In this document: in pieces, positions 11,376-22,000 of the stretch
Position numbering within the stretch: position 1 is the first letter of the stretch
Layout of the letters: each line of letters begins with the position of its first letter
Source: Rhizaria sp. SCN 62-66
Taxonomy: Eukaryota
Assembly: GCA_001724265.1 (NCBI GenBank)
Contig: MEDY01000255.1
Coordinates: 62,001-86,318 of the forward strand
Reading direction: 5' to 3'
Length of the DNA stretch: 24,318 nt
Translations under genes and position numbers: made by a program
Notes under the pieces: generated by a model
Database searches by the model: none
The model's input: only the letters and a program-made list of their open reading frames with translations
What the model was told of the DNA's origin: nothing

Positions 11376-12820
11376 ATGAGCAAGAAGGTGTACGCGGTTG
11401 TTAGCGGCCGCAACCCGGGTGTCTACTCCACCTGGGCTGAAGCACAAGCTCAAGTCAGCGGCTACTCTGGCGCCACCTTCAAAAGCCACACGACTGCTGC
11501 TTCCGCGCAGTCGTACATGGTGTCGCACGGCGTCAGCTTCGCCATGCCTTCCTCGTTTTCCTCCTCGTCGTCCTCCAGTGGCAGCAGTGGCAGTAGCTAC
11601 GGTTCCATCTACGGCCGTAGCGGCAGCAGCACAAACACCGGCAGCTCATGCGGCTCCAGCTACAGTTCCTCTAGCTCGAGCTCTAACTCTCGTTCTAGCT
11701 CTAGCTCGAACCTGTACGACGACCTCCCAGGCGTCACCTCGCCCCAGAAGCTGACCCCGCTGACCGCGAGCACTTACGCCAATACCAGCCGCACCGGCTC
11801 CACGACCGACCCCTCGGCCACGGTCCGCCTCCTGCCCCCTGCGCAAAAGTCCCCCGCCTCGGCCCACAGTAGTTCCCTCGCCTCGTCTAAGGCCGGCGCA
11901 GGCGTGGGCCCCGCCACGGTGCACCGCGTTGGCTACGCCGTTGCCGCCCGCGGCGTGAAGCGCGCTGCTAGCCCGCCTCGCTCGACCTCGGGCGTCAGCA
12001 CCACCGGCGGCGGCGGCGGCGGGCGCGCGCCCAACGCCGCGGCCGTGTCGGCTGACAGCCGGGAGATCGTGAGTCAGGGCCGCGCGAAGGGCAACGTCAT
12101 CATCCACACCGACGGGTCGTGCTACAAGAACCCCGGGTTCTGCGGCGCGGGCATCAGCATCGAGGCTCCCAGCCATAATAAGGGGGGGGCCGCCAGCTCC
12201 GGCAAGGGAATTACGAAGATGGACGTGGCGCTCGCCTTTGGCAAGGGCACCAACAACTACGTTGAGTTGCGCGCGGTTGGTGAGGCGCTCAAATACGCGT
12301 CAAAGCTGGACGCGGCCAACGATGTATCGCTTAAGGGCCGCCAGGTGCGTTCGTGTCCTATTGCACTTAAGATGTTCAATCACTAAAATCGACTAAACAC
12401 ACATATATCATATATTCATATCATTTATCGGTTTATGTCACTTAAACTTTATCTTATTATGAGGACTCACGATTACTTTATATTCATTCACTTGCCGTTC
12501 TGTACCTGCGTTTTCTTTCTTAGGTCGACATTCTGACCGACTCTAACTGGACGATCAACGTGCTGACGGGCCACTACCAGGCGCGCGCTGAGAGCATCAC
12601 CGACTCGGTCCGCGAGGTTAAATCCGCGATCCAGTCTTTCGAGGCGCAGCACGGCGCGACGGTGAAGCTGCACTGGGTCAAAGGCCACGCGGGGGCTGAG
12701 GGCAACGAGGCCGCCGACCGGCTCGCCAGGGCCGGGACAGAGTACAGCGAGAAGGTGGGCGCCGACGACCGCTGGGCCACGGCCAAGGAGGTCAGCGCGG
12801 TCGTCAAGAAGGACGAGTAA
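11376..12820 (+). CDS. RNH1: Ribonuclease H1 (N-terminal hybrid-binding/viroplasmin domain, Ser-rich linker, RNase HI domain), ~421 aa; exons 11376-12344, 12524-12820
   Basis: Hybrid-binding domain YAVVSGRNPGVYSTWAEAQAQVSGYSGATFKS. The catalytic DEDD set is intact: HTDGSC, TNNYVELRA, ILTDS (restored by splicing GTGCGT..TAG) and HWVKGHAGAEGNEAADRLA. Confidence 0.94.
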
Positions 12821-13231
12821 AGCCTCCGTACTGTACGCTAGTGCAATCCCGACTGGATATGAGAAATCTCGAAGTTTTAGCGGTCAACTTTTATGTCGTG
12901 GATCATTGTTTATAAGCACTGTTATTGTTAGATAGTAAATAAAAATATTTCGTATGTATTTTGTAAAAAGACTATTGGTAGATATCGTATATGCACCCTT
13001 TGCAAATTGGGGGCATGCGATGCGTTGTTGTCTGCAAGTCAACCTGTTACCGGTTATGACAGTATGTCTGTGTCTTTGAGTTAGATTGATGGGAAGCACA
13101 AAGCATAGTGAAGTCTAATTCTTCACTATCGATTGCAAGACCAACATATTTCAACTCTCACAAACATCCTCACAAACTTGTCACAGTAAGTACATCGACA
13201 AAAAGCACCTGTCACTGTGTCGCATGCTAGT

Positions 13232-13232
<1 letters not shown>

Positions 13233-13271
<39 letters not shown>
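13233..13271. repeat. Poly(T)39 homopolymer (poly(A) on the minus strand)
   Basis: Directly visible, between the convergent 3' ends of RNH1 and RIB43A. Confidence 0.95.
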
Positions 13272-13396
13272 CACATTGTTTTCATATTGTAACAGATAGG
13301 CAGTCAAACAGCTTGTTGATGAACAATTAAAGCACTTGCGATTGTAAAAGCTGTCGCTTTCTTTTGTCGTTTTCTTTTGTTTTGTTTTTCGCTTCT

Positions 13397-14864
13397 TTAC
13401 CGGCAGGAAGTGCCGAACTGCCCAAAGAACTCCTCGCTGACGGGGTTGCTGTTGACCACGCGGTTCACGTACTCCTGCCGAAGCGTCTGCTCCTGTGCCT
13501 GGCTCTGGTGCGTCCGCGCGAGCGCGGCGGCGTTGGCAGCGCGGTTGGCCTGCTGCTCGCGGTGCAGCGCGAGGAGCGCGCGGCGGTCGGCCTCGCTCTT
13601 GCTGGCCCAGGCCGCGTCCTCGGCGAGCTCGGCCTCGCGGCGCGCGCGGTTTAGCTCGATCTGGCGCTGTTGCTCGTCCAGAACGGCCTAATACGAGATT
13701 GCGAAAATCATTAGCAAAGTAGCAAAGAGTGACGCGAAGTGAGCAATCGAAAAGGAAGGATACTGGAAAGAAAGCTATAGTATTTCAAACGATAAACTAT
13801 TATCCTCAATCGAGCGTCTATAACATGGTTTTCGTTCCGTACCTGGCGCTGGGTCTGGTTGAAGCCCTTAAACTCAGCGGGCAGTGGGCGGCCCGAGTGG
13901 TCGCGGCGCTGCTGTCCCAGCTCGTTGAGCAGCGCCGACGCGTGCTGCGCCTCAATCTCGGCCGCGCTCGCGCGCTGCTCCTGCTGCTTGAGGAACTCCC
14001 GGCGCAGACGGGCCTCCTCGGCCTGCGAGAGGTGCGCGTCTGCGAGGGCCTTGCGCTCAGCCTTGTCGGCGTCCTCTTTGGCGCGGTGGACGCGCTCGAG
14101 CGCCGCCTGCGCGCTCAGCTGCGCGTGCTCGAAGCGCGCGGCCTCGGCGCGCTCGCGCTCCTCGCGGGCCTCCTGCACGGCAAGCTGCGCCGCTAGCCAC
14201 TGCTGCTGCTGCTGCTTCTGCTCCGCGACGCGCGACGCGTACTGCGGGTCCACGCCAGGGAAGTTCAGGAACTGGGAGTCATCGGCGATGGGCAGCTTGC
14301 GCTGGGCCTCCTCTTGTTCGCGCAGACGGCGGGACTGCTCGGATTGGGCGTTGTGGAACGCCTGTTGTGAGAAGCGAAGCAAGACAAAACAAGAGAAGAG
14401 GAGACGAGTGAGCGAATTGGATATTGTCATGGAGAAGCTTGAAATAAGTACGAAACAAGCTGAAACCATCATAACTAAAGAAATATATGCGTTCAAGTAT
14501 GCCAGCAATATGCTGCACCGAAACGTTGTCGTTAGGTCGTTCATGCATTTGGCAACGACTCAGTGCAACGGACCTGGTCCTCGAGGTCGCGCAGGCGCTG
14601 TTGGCGAACGCGCTCGGCCTCGAGCTTCTTCAGCATGTCCGCGTGCTGCACCATCTGGCCGTTAAAGTAGGCGTCGCGCTCCAGCTCGGCCTGCTCGCGG
14701 CGCTGCTTCTCGGCGACCTGCGAGGCGAGAGCAGAAGCGTCGACGCCCATGGTGCGGGCCTTGGGGTCGAGGATGCGCTGGGTGCGCTCTGCCATGCGCG
14801 CGCGGCGCGTCTCGATCAGAGACTGCTCGCGCGCGAGGGGGTCAATGTCCGCGCGGGCCTGCAT
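13397..14864 (-). CDS. RIB43A: RIB43A-like protofilament ribbon protein (axonemal microtubule inner protein), ~366 aa; exons 14864-14574, 14361-13843, 13687-13397
   Basis: N-terminal RILDPKARTMGVDASALASQVAEK, central EFKGFN and C-terminal NSNPVSEEFFGQFGTSCR* match RIB43A/RIBC hallmarks (RxFNARxRxIGxD, xWKGM, NxPTxDYFxQFNTxSR). The body is E/Q/R/A coiled coil, both introns are phase 0, and the length fits the family. Confidence 0.9.
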
Positions 14865-14879
14865 CGGGGTAAGGTGGCG

Positions 14880-14978
14880 CTGTGGCGACGGGGCGAGGTG
14901 AGGCGGCACAGGATAGAAAAGAGATGGGAGGTGAGGATGTTAGCAGTGTGTTGGACAGCTAATGTTGACAGGGCGTAC
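14880..14978 (-). other. Probable 5' intron of RIB43A (UTR, or following a short coding exon)
   Basis: On the minus strand there is a GTACGC donor at 14978, a CTGCTAAC branch-like motif near 14945-14938, a long pyrimidine tract, and a CACAG acceptor ending at 14880, 15 nt before the ATG. Confidence 0.6.
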
Positions 14979-15811
14979 AGAGCTAACCTGAACGTATTTT
15001 AAAATGCTGCTAAGATTAATGGGCATTAAATAAGCGCATATAACGTGAACCCGACGAATAAATTCATCTGGCGGCGCTCCTCCCGACAGGTTGGCACAAA
15101 TCGAAAGAACGGTTGTGACTGTGGTTGGTGGGTCGACTTCAAACAGCCACAGAAGAGGCAAAGTGTCGGAAAAGCATAGTGTAAAAAGAAAAATCGATTA
15201 TTTACGCAGTCTTTGCATCTAGACTATCTCCACAACACCGTTCTGTGGTGTCCCTGCTTTGCTAGAAGACGAAGAAAATCCGACACAAACGGTTTCTTCC
15301 TCGCTGTTCGCTGATGTTCTTGCCAACTGCTCCTCGATCCCCCGAGCCGAGATCACCTCGTGACCCGAGTTTCACGTAGATTATTTCTGTCTATTAATCG
15401 TCAACACAAATGAAATTGCGACAACCGGAATGACTATTGAGGATTTGCTACGCTTGCTTGATTATACACCTGGCGGTATTGATTAAGGTATCCAGCCCGC
15501 GTGCCTAAGATCATGGGTTTTTGCACGTCTCGAGTCGGTGCGATTATGCGGAAAACCTAACACAAATCAGTGCAATAGACAGGCACCTTTACAATGCACA
15601 CGATCTCATAGTCATAGTGATTGCATATCATATATATCTGAATAACCCACTTACAGAACTGTGTTATTGTCCCGTATTCGCTAGGTTCTTGTCTCTTACT
15701 TATAGCCGTTACAGTGAGTTGCAGAATCTTACAAACACATCCACAGCTGTCACTTCAACAGGTTAAGAAGAGCTAACCACGCCACCGCGGTGCTTGGCCG
15801 TGTACGCACGC

Positions 15812-18379
15812 ATGGCTTTTGCAGGCACTCCATTCAAATCAAAACCACCGCCCCAGCACAGCTACCCGGTCACGATCACTGCGAACTCACTCATTGCTGC
15901 AACAACAACAACACTGGTCCCAGCAGCAACGACTGCGCTCACACCAGCCCGCGTGTCCAGAGCTACTACGACCCCTAGGCCATCTGAACGCAAGTTAGTA
16001 GCAGCGACGACGCCTCGCTATGCAGCTTTAACTCAGGCAGCTATGGCACGTGCAGTTGCTGTGACACAACAACACCAGTCGAACAACAGCAACAACGACA
16101 ACAACAATAACAACAACAATATCCTTAACACAAACAGTATCAACGGCGACTGTTACTCAAGCACGGGACTTGGGAGTATTAACTGTGAAAAGGAACAGCG
16201 CATGCGGCTGAGCTGTCTGCCTAAGCCGTATTTACTTCCGTCGCATTTGGATGCGTCGTCGTCATCACCTTTGCTTGCGGCCTTACTGCTGGCCGTACTA
16301 AATGATGATTCAGAACACTTGCATTCGCTCATCCTAGCGGGTGCCGACCCGTCGCACCCAATTCCTGCACAGTTCCACCGCTACACGCACCACTTAAAGC
16401 TCGCAAAACACTTAGACGTTATCGAAGGCGGCACTCCCTTACACTTCGCGTGTGCGTTAGTCAAGCCGTGCGCCGTAAGGGTGCTGCTGGCAGCGGGGGC
16501 CAGCGTCAGTACTTTGGACGCAGCAGGTGCCACAGCGATGCAAAGGCTGCCTTGGGCCCTGGCTGCGGCGTCGCATGCAGCGGTGCTTAGAAGCAAGAGC
16601 CACCCGATTGATGTCAACATCAGCACTATTGCGGGTGTAGTCACTGCAGCTGTCACGACAGCAGCTAACACCGTGGGAAACAGCAGTTTGAGCGGCAGCG
16701 CACAGCAGCAGGAGCTCTCGTCCGCTGCAGTGTCACTGACTGAGACGCTCACTGACAACAACGACACTATTGCGAATGTGAGTGGCACCACGGGCAACAA
16801 CGTGTCAAATGCGAGCGCGTTTCAGTGCATTGTTGAAATGCTGGTCTCAGCAGGAGCAAAAACAGACTGTAGTGCGGTCACAGCAACAACAACAGCAACA
16901 ACAACAACAACAACAACAGCGACAACTACCGTATCGGCTGACATAGGCAGCTTGAATATGTTAAGCGCCAGTGCTCGTGACGATATGTACTTAATTGAGT
17001 CTAACGATACGTTTACTTGTACTGAATTAGGTGCATATCGCATCCCACGTTCAGGTACACCTGCGGCAAAGTACCTCCGCAACAGCAGGAGTGTAAGCAC
17101 ACCAACTCACAATGTAAGCTCCCATTCTACGACGATGCCAAAGGGCTCTGCTTGGGCAAACGCCCCAGGTACAGGCCGGAACAACTACAACAGCAAAGGT
17201 GGTATGAGCAGTATCAGCAACACGAACAACAGCTTTAGCTGTGATTATGACGACTATTACAACACGGATAGCACTCTTGATGGGGATGTGTTGGCCCTGA
17301 AGCCGACTGCGGTCGCAACTGCGAGCGGCGTAGCTCTTCCCTTGCCATCAGTTTCCGCGCACTGGAACAACGTCGCTGCACACACCGTGTCTTCGTTGTT
17401 GGGCGACCCTATCATCATCGAAGCAGCCTCAGCAACTCCGCCGAACGCGGCTTTACTTCGGTCGCTGCTCGAAGGCGGCGCGGACCCCTGCTCACGGTCA
17501 CTTGGGCTCTCTCTGGGAGTGACTGTGAGCGGGGATACAGCGCTGCACGTGGCGGTAAAGCTGCTCTGCCACGACTTGCGGCATTTGTGGCCCGAGACAG
17601 TTCCTTTCGGGCCATGGGAGGTGTTTGGTCCGCTGGAATCAGAGCTGACACAACATGACAAACACTACATTGCTTTGATTACCCAAAAACAAGAGCAACA
17701 ACAGCAGCAGCTTTACTTAAATAATCAAGCTAACGGTGTTGTCAGGAGGCGGCTCGACTTTGAGTCTGTTGTTGCTGCCTTAAGCCAAGCCCCGCATGTT
17801 TCTAAAGCGAAGACAAGTGCCAGTGCGCACAGTCGCGTCACGTACCAGCCGTCTGACTTTTACGTCAAGCCGCCTCCGGTGTATGCGACAGTTTTCCACG
17901 ATGTGTGGGTCAAAGCAGGGCTACCCTCGCTGTTGTCACTTACATCGAAAAACAACAACACCGATTACAGCAACTACAGCAGCTGCAACAGCCCTTACCT
18001 TAACAACACAGCTTCTGGACTAAACGCGAGCTGCCTTCGTGGCGCCGCCGCGACAACTGCAGCAGATGCCGTTGTATCACAGCTCTCTTTGCTGCAAACG
18101 GCAGCTCGCGTCGACAGCGCCGTCCTGCGCATCATCAGGTCTCGGTGCGCAATCATATCAGCGCTTGTTCTCGCCGGGGCCGACCCGCTAATGACCAACG
18201 AGCGCGGGGAGACCGTGTACGACCTGTTGCAGCACGAGCGCGAGCTGATCGTGATTGAGTACTGCGTCGAGCTCAACGCCGCAGGGTACAAGCGCACGGT
18301 GAAAGAGGCTGTAGCTGCGATGGGGGAGGCGAAGCTCGCTGCAGCAGTGCAAAGCATTGTGTTGTCGTACATCCTTTAA
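15812..18379 (+). CDS. Ankyrin-repeat protein with long low-complexity insertions, ~855 aa, apparently single exon
   Basis: Uninterrupted 2.57-kb ORF containing LILAGADP, GGTPLHFACALVKPCAVRVLLAAGASVSTLDAAGATAM, LLEGGADP...SGDTALHVAV and LVLAGADPLMTNERGETVYDLL. The first in-frame ATG is at 15812; the true start is uncertain. Confidence 0.82.
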   Translation: MAFAGTPFKSKPPPQHSYPVTITANSLIAATTTTLVPAATTALTPARVSRATTTPRPSERKLVAATTPRYAALTQAAMARAVAVTQQHQSNNSNNDNNNNNNNILNTNSINGDCYSSTGLGSINCEKEQRMRLSCLPKPYLLPSHLDASSSSPLLAALLLAVLNDDSEHLHSLILAGADPSHPIPAQFHRYTHHLKLAKHLDVIEGGTPLHFACALVKPCAVRVLLAAGASVSTLDAAGATAMQRLPWALAAASHAAVLRSKSHPIDVNISTIAGVVTAAVTTAANTVGNSSLSGSAQQQELSSAAVSLTETLTDNNDTIANVSGTTGNNVSNASAFQCIVEMLVSAGAKTDCSAVTATTTATTTTTTTATTTVSADIGSLNMLSASARDDMYLIESNDTFTCTELGAYRIPRSGTPAAKYLRNSRSVSTPTHNVSSHSTTMPKGSAWANAPGTGRNNYNSKGGMSSISNTNNSFSCDYDDYYNTDSTLDGDVLALKPTAVATASGVALPLPSVSAHWNNVAAHTVSSLLGDPIIIEAASATPPNAALLRSLLEGGADPCSRSLGLSLGVTVSGDTALHVAVKLLCHDLRHLWPETVPFGPWEVFGPLESELTQHDKHYIALITQKQEQQQQQLYLNNQANGVVRRRLDFESVVAALSQAPHVSKAKTSASAHSRVTYQPSDFYVKPPPVYATVFHDVWVKAGLPSLLSLTSKNNNTDYSNYSSCNSPYLNNTASGLNASCLRGAAATTAADAVVSQLSLLQTAARVDSAVLRIIRSRCAIISALVLAGADPLMTNERGETVYDLLQHERELIVIEYCVELNAAGYKRTVKEAVAAMGEAKLAAAVQSIVLSYIL
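16082..16120 (+). repeat. (AAC)n imperfect triplet repeat encoding poly-Asn
   Basis: Directly visible within the ankyrin ORF. Confidence 0.85.
16879..16930 (+). repeat. (ACA)n triplet repeat encoding poly-Thr
   Basis: Directly visible within the ankyrin ORF. Confidence 0.85.
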
Positions 18380-19019
18380 CAGAGTAATAACACGTCGATC
18401 TATATAGTTAAGGTTTATATTTAGTATCAAATACAACATTTAGTCTTGAAATACACCGTAAGCGCGAGATATGTCATTGAAAGAAAGATGTTAAAGTCCG
18501 ACTGACTTTTTCGGTCCTCCCCAAAATGATTTTCGATCGACTCTCGGTTTCGAGCTTTTTCAGCTGCTAGTTCAACACCGAATATCCCTGCATAACAGAC
18601 AACAATTCGAATTCTATAATAATGTGATAACGCCCTGCTGGGCTTAGTCACCCATGGTACTACTTCTAAACTAACAGACGGTCTTCCTGCCACGTAGGTC
18701 TTCGAAAAGACACTCGCGAACGAGAAAAACCCAAAGGAGCTGTTCGTTCCTCATTCCAAGCACCACGGACCATGTACCACTGTCTATATTTCTTTAGTGC
18801 TGGCATATTACACATCCATTGTGACTGTATCTAAAATACTTCACCTTACCCCACCATGCCTTTGCTACAGCTCTCTAGAACAATCCAAGGGTCCCGTCCC
18901 AGAAATCCCCCCGTTCTCTTCGCTCCTACACAGCCAGTGGGCTTTCCAACCCAGACACAGCCTCACTAAGGCTCTCAATTCAATCTTTACTACTCACACC
19001 GACTGTGAAAGCTTTAGTC

Positions 19020-22000
19020 ATGAGCACCGCTGCCCCCGCGCCGGCCTCCAAGGCCCCCGCGCACGCCGCGGTCGCCTCAGCCCCTGCTGCTGTTGCAGTC
19101 GCTTCCGCCCCCGTTGCCAGCAGCAGCGCTGACGACGCCGCGGCCGCCGAGCAGCCCGAACAAGGCCTGGACGCGGACGTGCTTGACGCGGCGCGGCACC
19201 AGGTTCTCGACTACATTGTGCGCCTCGCGGGCGTCGAGGTCGACCCCAGCCCCGAGCCCGTCGAGACCGAGGCCGAGGCCGCGGCGGCCGCCACCGCCGC
19301 CAAACAGCTCGAGGCGTTTCTGCTCGAGGACATGCGCAACGGCGAGCTGGCCGCTGAGGCCGACGCCGCCGCGCTCGCCTACGACAGCGCGAATGCGGCC
19401 CACGACAGCGGCGACCACGACGCTGACGCCGACGCAGAGATGGGCCTGCCGTCGCCGCCGCCGCGCCTCTTCACCCTGCCCGTCTCGCGCGCGCGCCCGC
19501 TGTCGCTGCTCTCGGCATCTTCCCCGCTGCCGCCGCTCGCGCGCGCGCAGCTGAACTTCCTGGTCTCGACCGTGGCCGATCACCTCAAGTCGCTGGCCGA
19601 GGCCATCGACATGGTGCGCGCCGACACGGACTCGGACCGCGCGCGCCACGTCTCGGCGTGCCGCGCGCTCACAACGCTGCTGCAGGAGCAGCGCGCGCAG
19701 GGCGAGGCGCTGGTGGTGGCGGCGCGGCGGTACCGCGACCGCGCGACTCGCGAGAAGGCCCGCACTGCCGACCTGCTCGGCCAGCTGTCGCACTTGCGCC
19801 AGGCGAGCGAGCTGGACCGGGACCGCTCCAAGCGCAGCGAGGAGGCCATCGAGGAGCTGCACACGCGACACAACCGCGAGGTGGCGATGCTGAAGGAGCA
19901 TATCGAGGCGCTCCAGCGAGAAGTGACTGTGGCGCAGGCCTACGGCAAGGAGCAGGAGAGCAAGAGCCTCGACGCTCGGTACGTCTCGAACACATCGATT
20001 TCAACAAAGCTACAGCCGACGACGATGATAGTGATATATTATGGTGAGGGCTGTTCATAATCTGTTTTTATATTCTTCAACTCTTTTAATAATTAGGTTA
20101 CCTTACCTAGTACTCATTTTTACCTTTTATGCCTATATATTTGTGTTTGCTGCTCTCGTATCCCAGGCGTACCGCTGCGGCTGCCTTAAGACAGGTGGAA
20201 GAGCGCGACCGTGAAATTGAGCGCCTCCAGGGCGACATCGAGGCCCTCGAGCACGGCTACAGCGACGACGACGAGAACAACGACGAAAACAACACCAACG
20301 CTGAGCATCAGCCTTCTGCTGACGGTGCTGCTGCTGCGGCTGCCCCAGCCGCTGCTCCTGCTGCTTCTGCCGCTAGTTTCGCGGCTCGCCGCCGCCTGGC
20401 GCTCAACGGCGGCGACCCCGACGGCGCCGGCTCTGTGGCGGGCTCCCGCCGGGGTTCTCTGTCCGGCGGCAGCGGGCGCCGCGACTCCTTCTCAGGCGCC
20501 GGCGGCCGCAGGGACTCGCTGGGCCGCGGCGGGCTGCTGGCGGCCGCGGCGGCGGCGGCAGGCGCCGGCGGCGCGGGCTCCGCCGAGAGCCGCGCGACTG
20601 TGAGCCGCGACGTGGCGAGCGAGATGGAGCTCCGTCAGTGGCTGGTGATGCAGCTGGCCGACCTCAAGCACTCGATGGAGAGCATGGGCATGGACACCAC
20701 CGCCGTCGCCGCCGCCGCCGCCTCCGCGGCCTCACAGCTCGACCCCAGCAACGCCAACAATAGCAGTAGCGCCAGCAACAAGGACGGCGACTCGGCTGCC
20801 GCCGGCACCGAGGCTAAGGACGACAATGGCCACGACGCCGCCAACGCAGACGGCGCCAACGCCGCGGGCAGCAGCAGCGACGGCGACAAGAACCAGGGCG
20901 CGCAGACGCAGACTGCGCTGGCGCAGCAGCTGCGGCGCGTGCGCGCCGAGGTCGTGGCCACGCAGGCGCGCGCCGCGGCCGCGGTGCAGGCCGTGCGCGC
21001 CGTGTACCGCGCGCGCGTCGACGCGGCCGTGCAAAGTGCGGTCGCCGCGGCGACGGCGCAGCTCGAGCAGCGCATCGCAGAGCTGACGGAGCAGCTGGCC
21101 GCCAAGCGCGGGGACGGCGATGACGATGAGAAGCGCCGCCTCCAGGGTGAGGTGGACCGCGCGAACAAGGAGGCCGCGGCAGCGGCGCGCGCGGCGGCGG
21201 CGGCGGCGGCCGCTGCGGCCGAGGCCGAGGCCAAGGCCAGCCAGCGCCCCGCGCCCATCGACGACGACGACGACCTGTTCGGCGACAAGAAGATGACTCT
21301 GGCGGCGGCGTTGACGGCGCTGCGGGAGCTGCACGCCACGCACACGCGCCGCGAGCGCGAGCGGACGCGGCTTGCCGAGGACCTGGTGGCGGCGTCGCTG
21401 GCGGAGCGCGCGCTGCGCGAGCAGGTGGACTACGCGAGCCAGGCCGTCGAGACCGAGGCCGCGCGCCGCCGCCAGGCCGAGACGATCGCGGTCACCGAGC
21501 GCGCGCGGCGCACCAAGGCCTACGCGGACCTGACGGCGATGCACGCCACGCTCACTGAGTGGGTCACCGCGATCCATGACCCCGCATCGGCGCTTACCCG
21601 CCAGCACAACAGCCAAACCATGCCTTTTCCTGGCTCCGGAGTTGGTGCCGGCGCGGCTAATGCCGCCGGTGCTGCGGGGGCGATGGGTGGCCTAACTTAC
21701 GGGTTCCCGTCAGCGCTGATGGGCTCGGTGGGCGGCGCGTCGCAGACCCCCTCAGCGATGGCCAAAGCGACGGCCACTGCGGCGGCGGCGGCGGCGGCGG
21801 CCGCGGTCGCTGCGGTTGCGGTGCGTCCCTCGACCCCCGTGAACCAGGGCCGGCATCTGATGATGAACAGCAACAACAGCAGCAGCAACATGCAGAGCAA
21901 CGAGAGTAACGCGATCTCTAGCTTTAGCTCGAGCTCTAATGTGCCCAGCTCCAGCGTGAGCGGTATCGTGGCCCCCAAGGTCATGTCCGGAAGCCACTCC

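Noticed and set aside
11376..12820. RNase H as part of a retrotransposon or caulimovirus-like element
   Set aside because: There is no adjacent reverse transcriptase, integrase, gag or LTR. It has an intron and the cellular RNase H1 architecture, and is flanked by housekeeping genes.
13364..15002. Plus-strand ORFs over RIB43A (13859-14665, 14487-15002 etc.)
   Set aside because: They are antisense shadows; the minus-strand spliced model explains the region.
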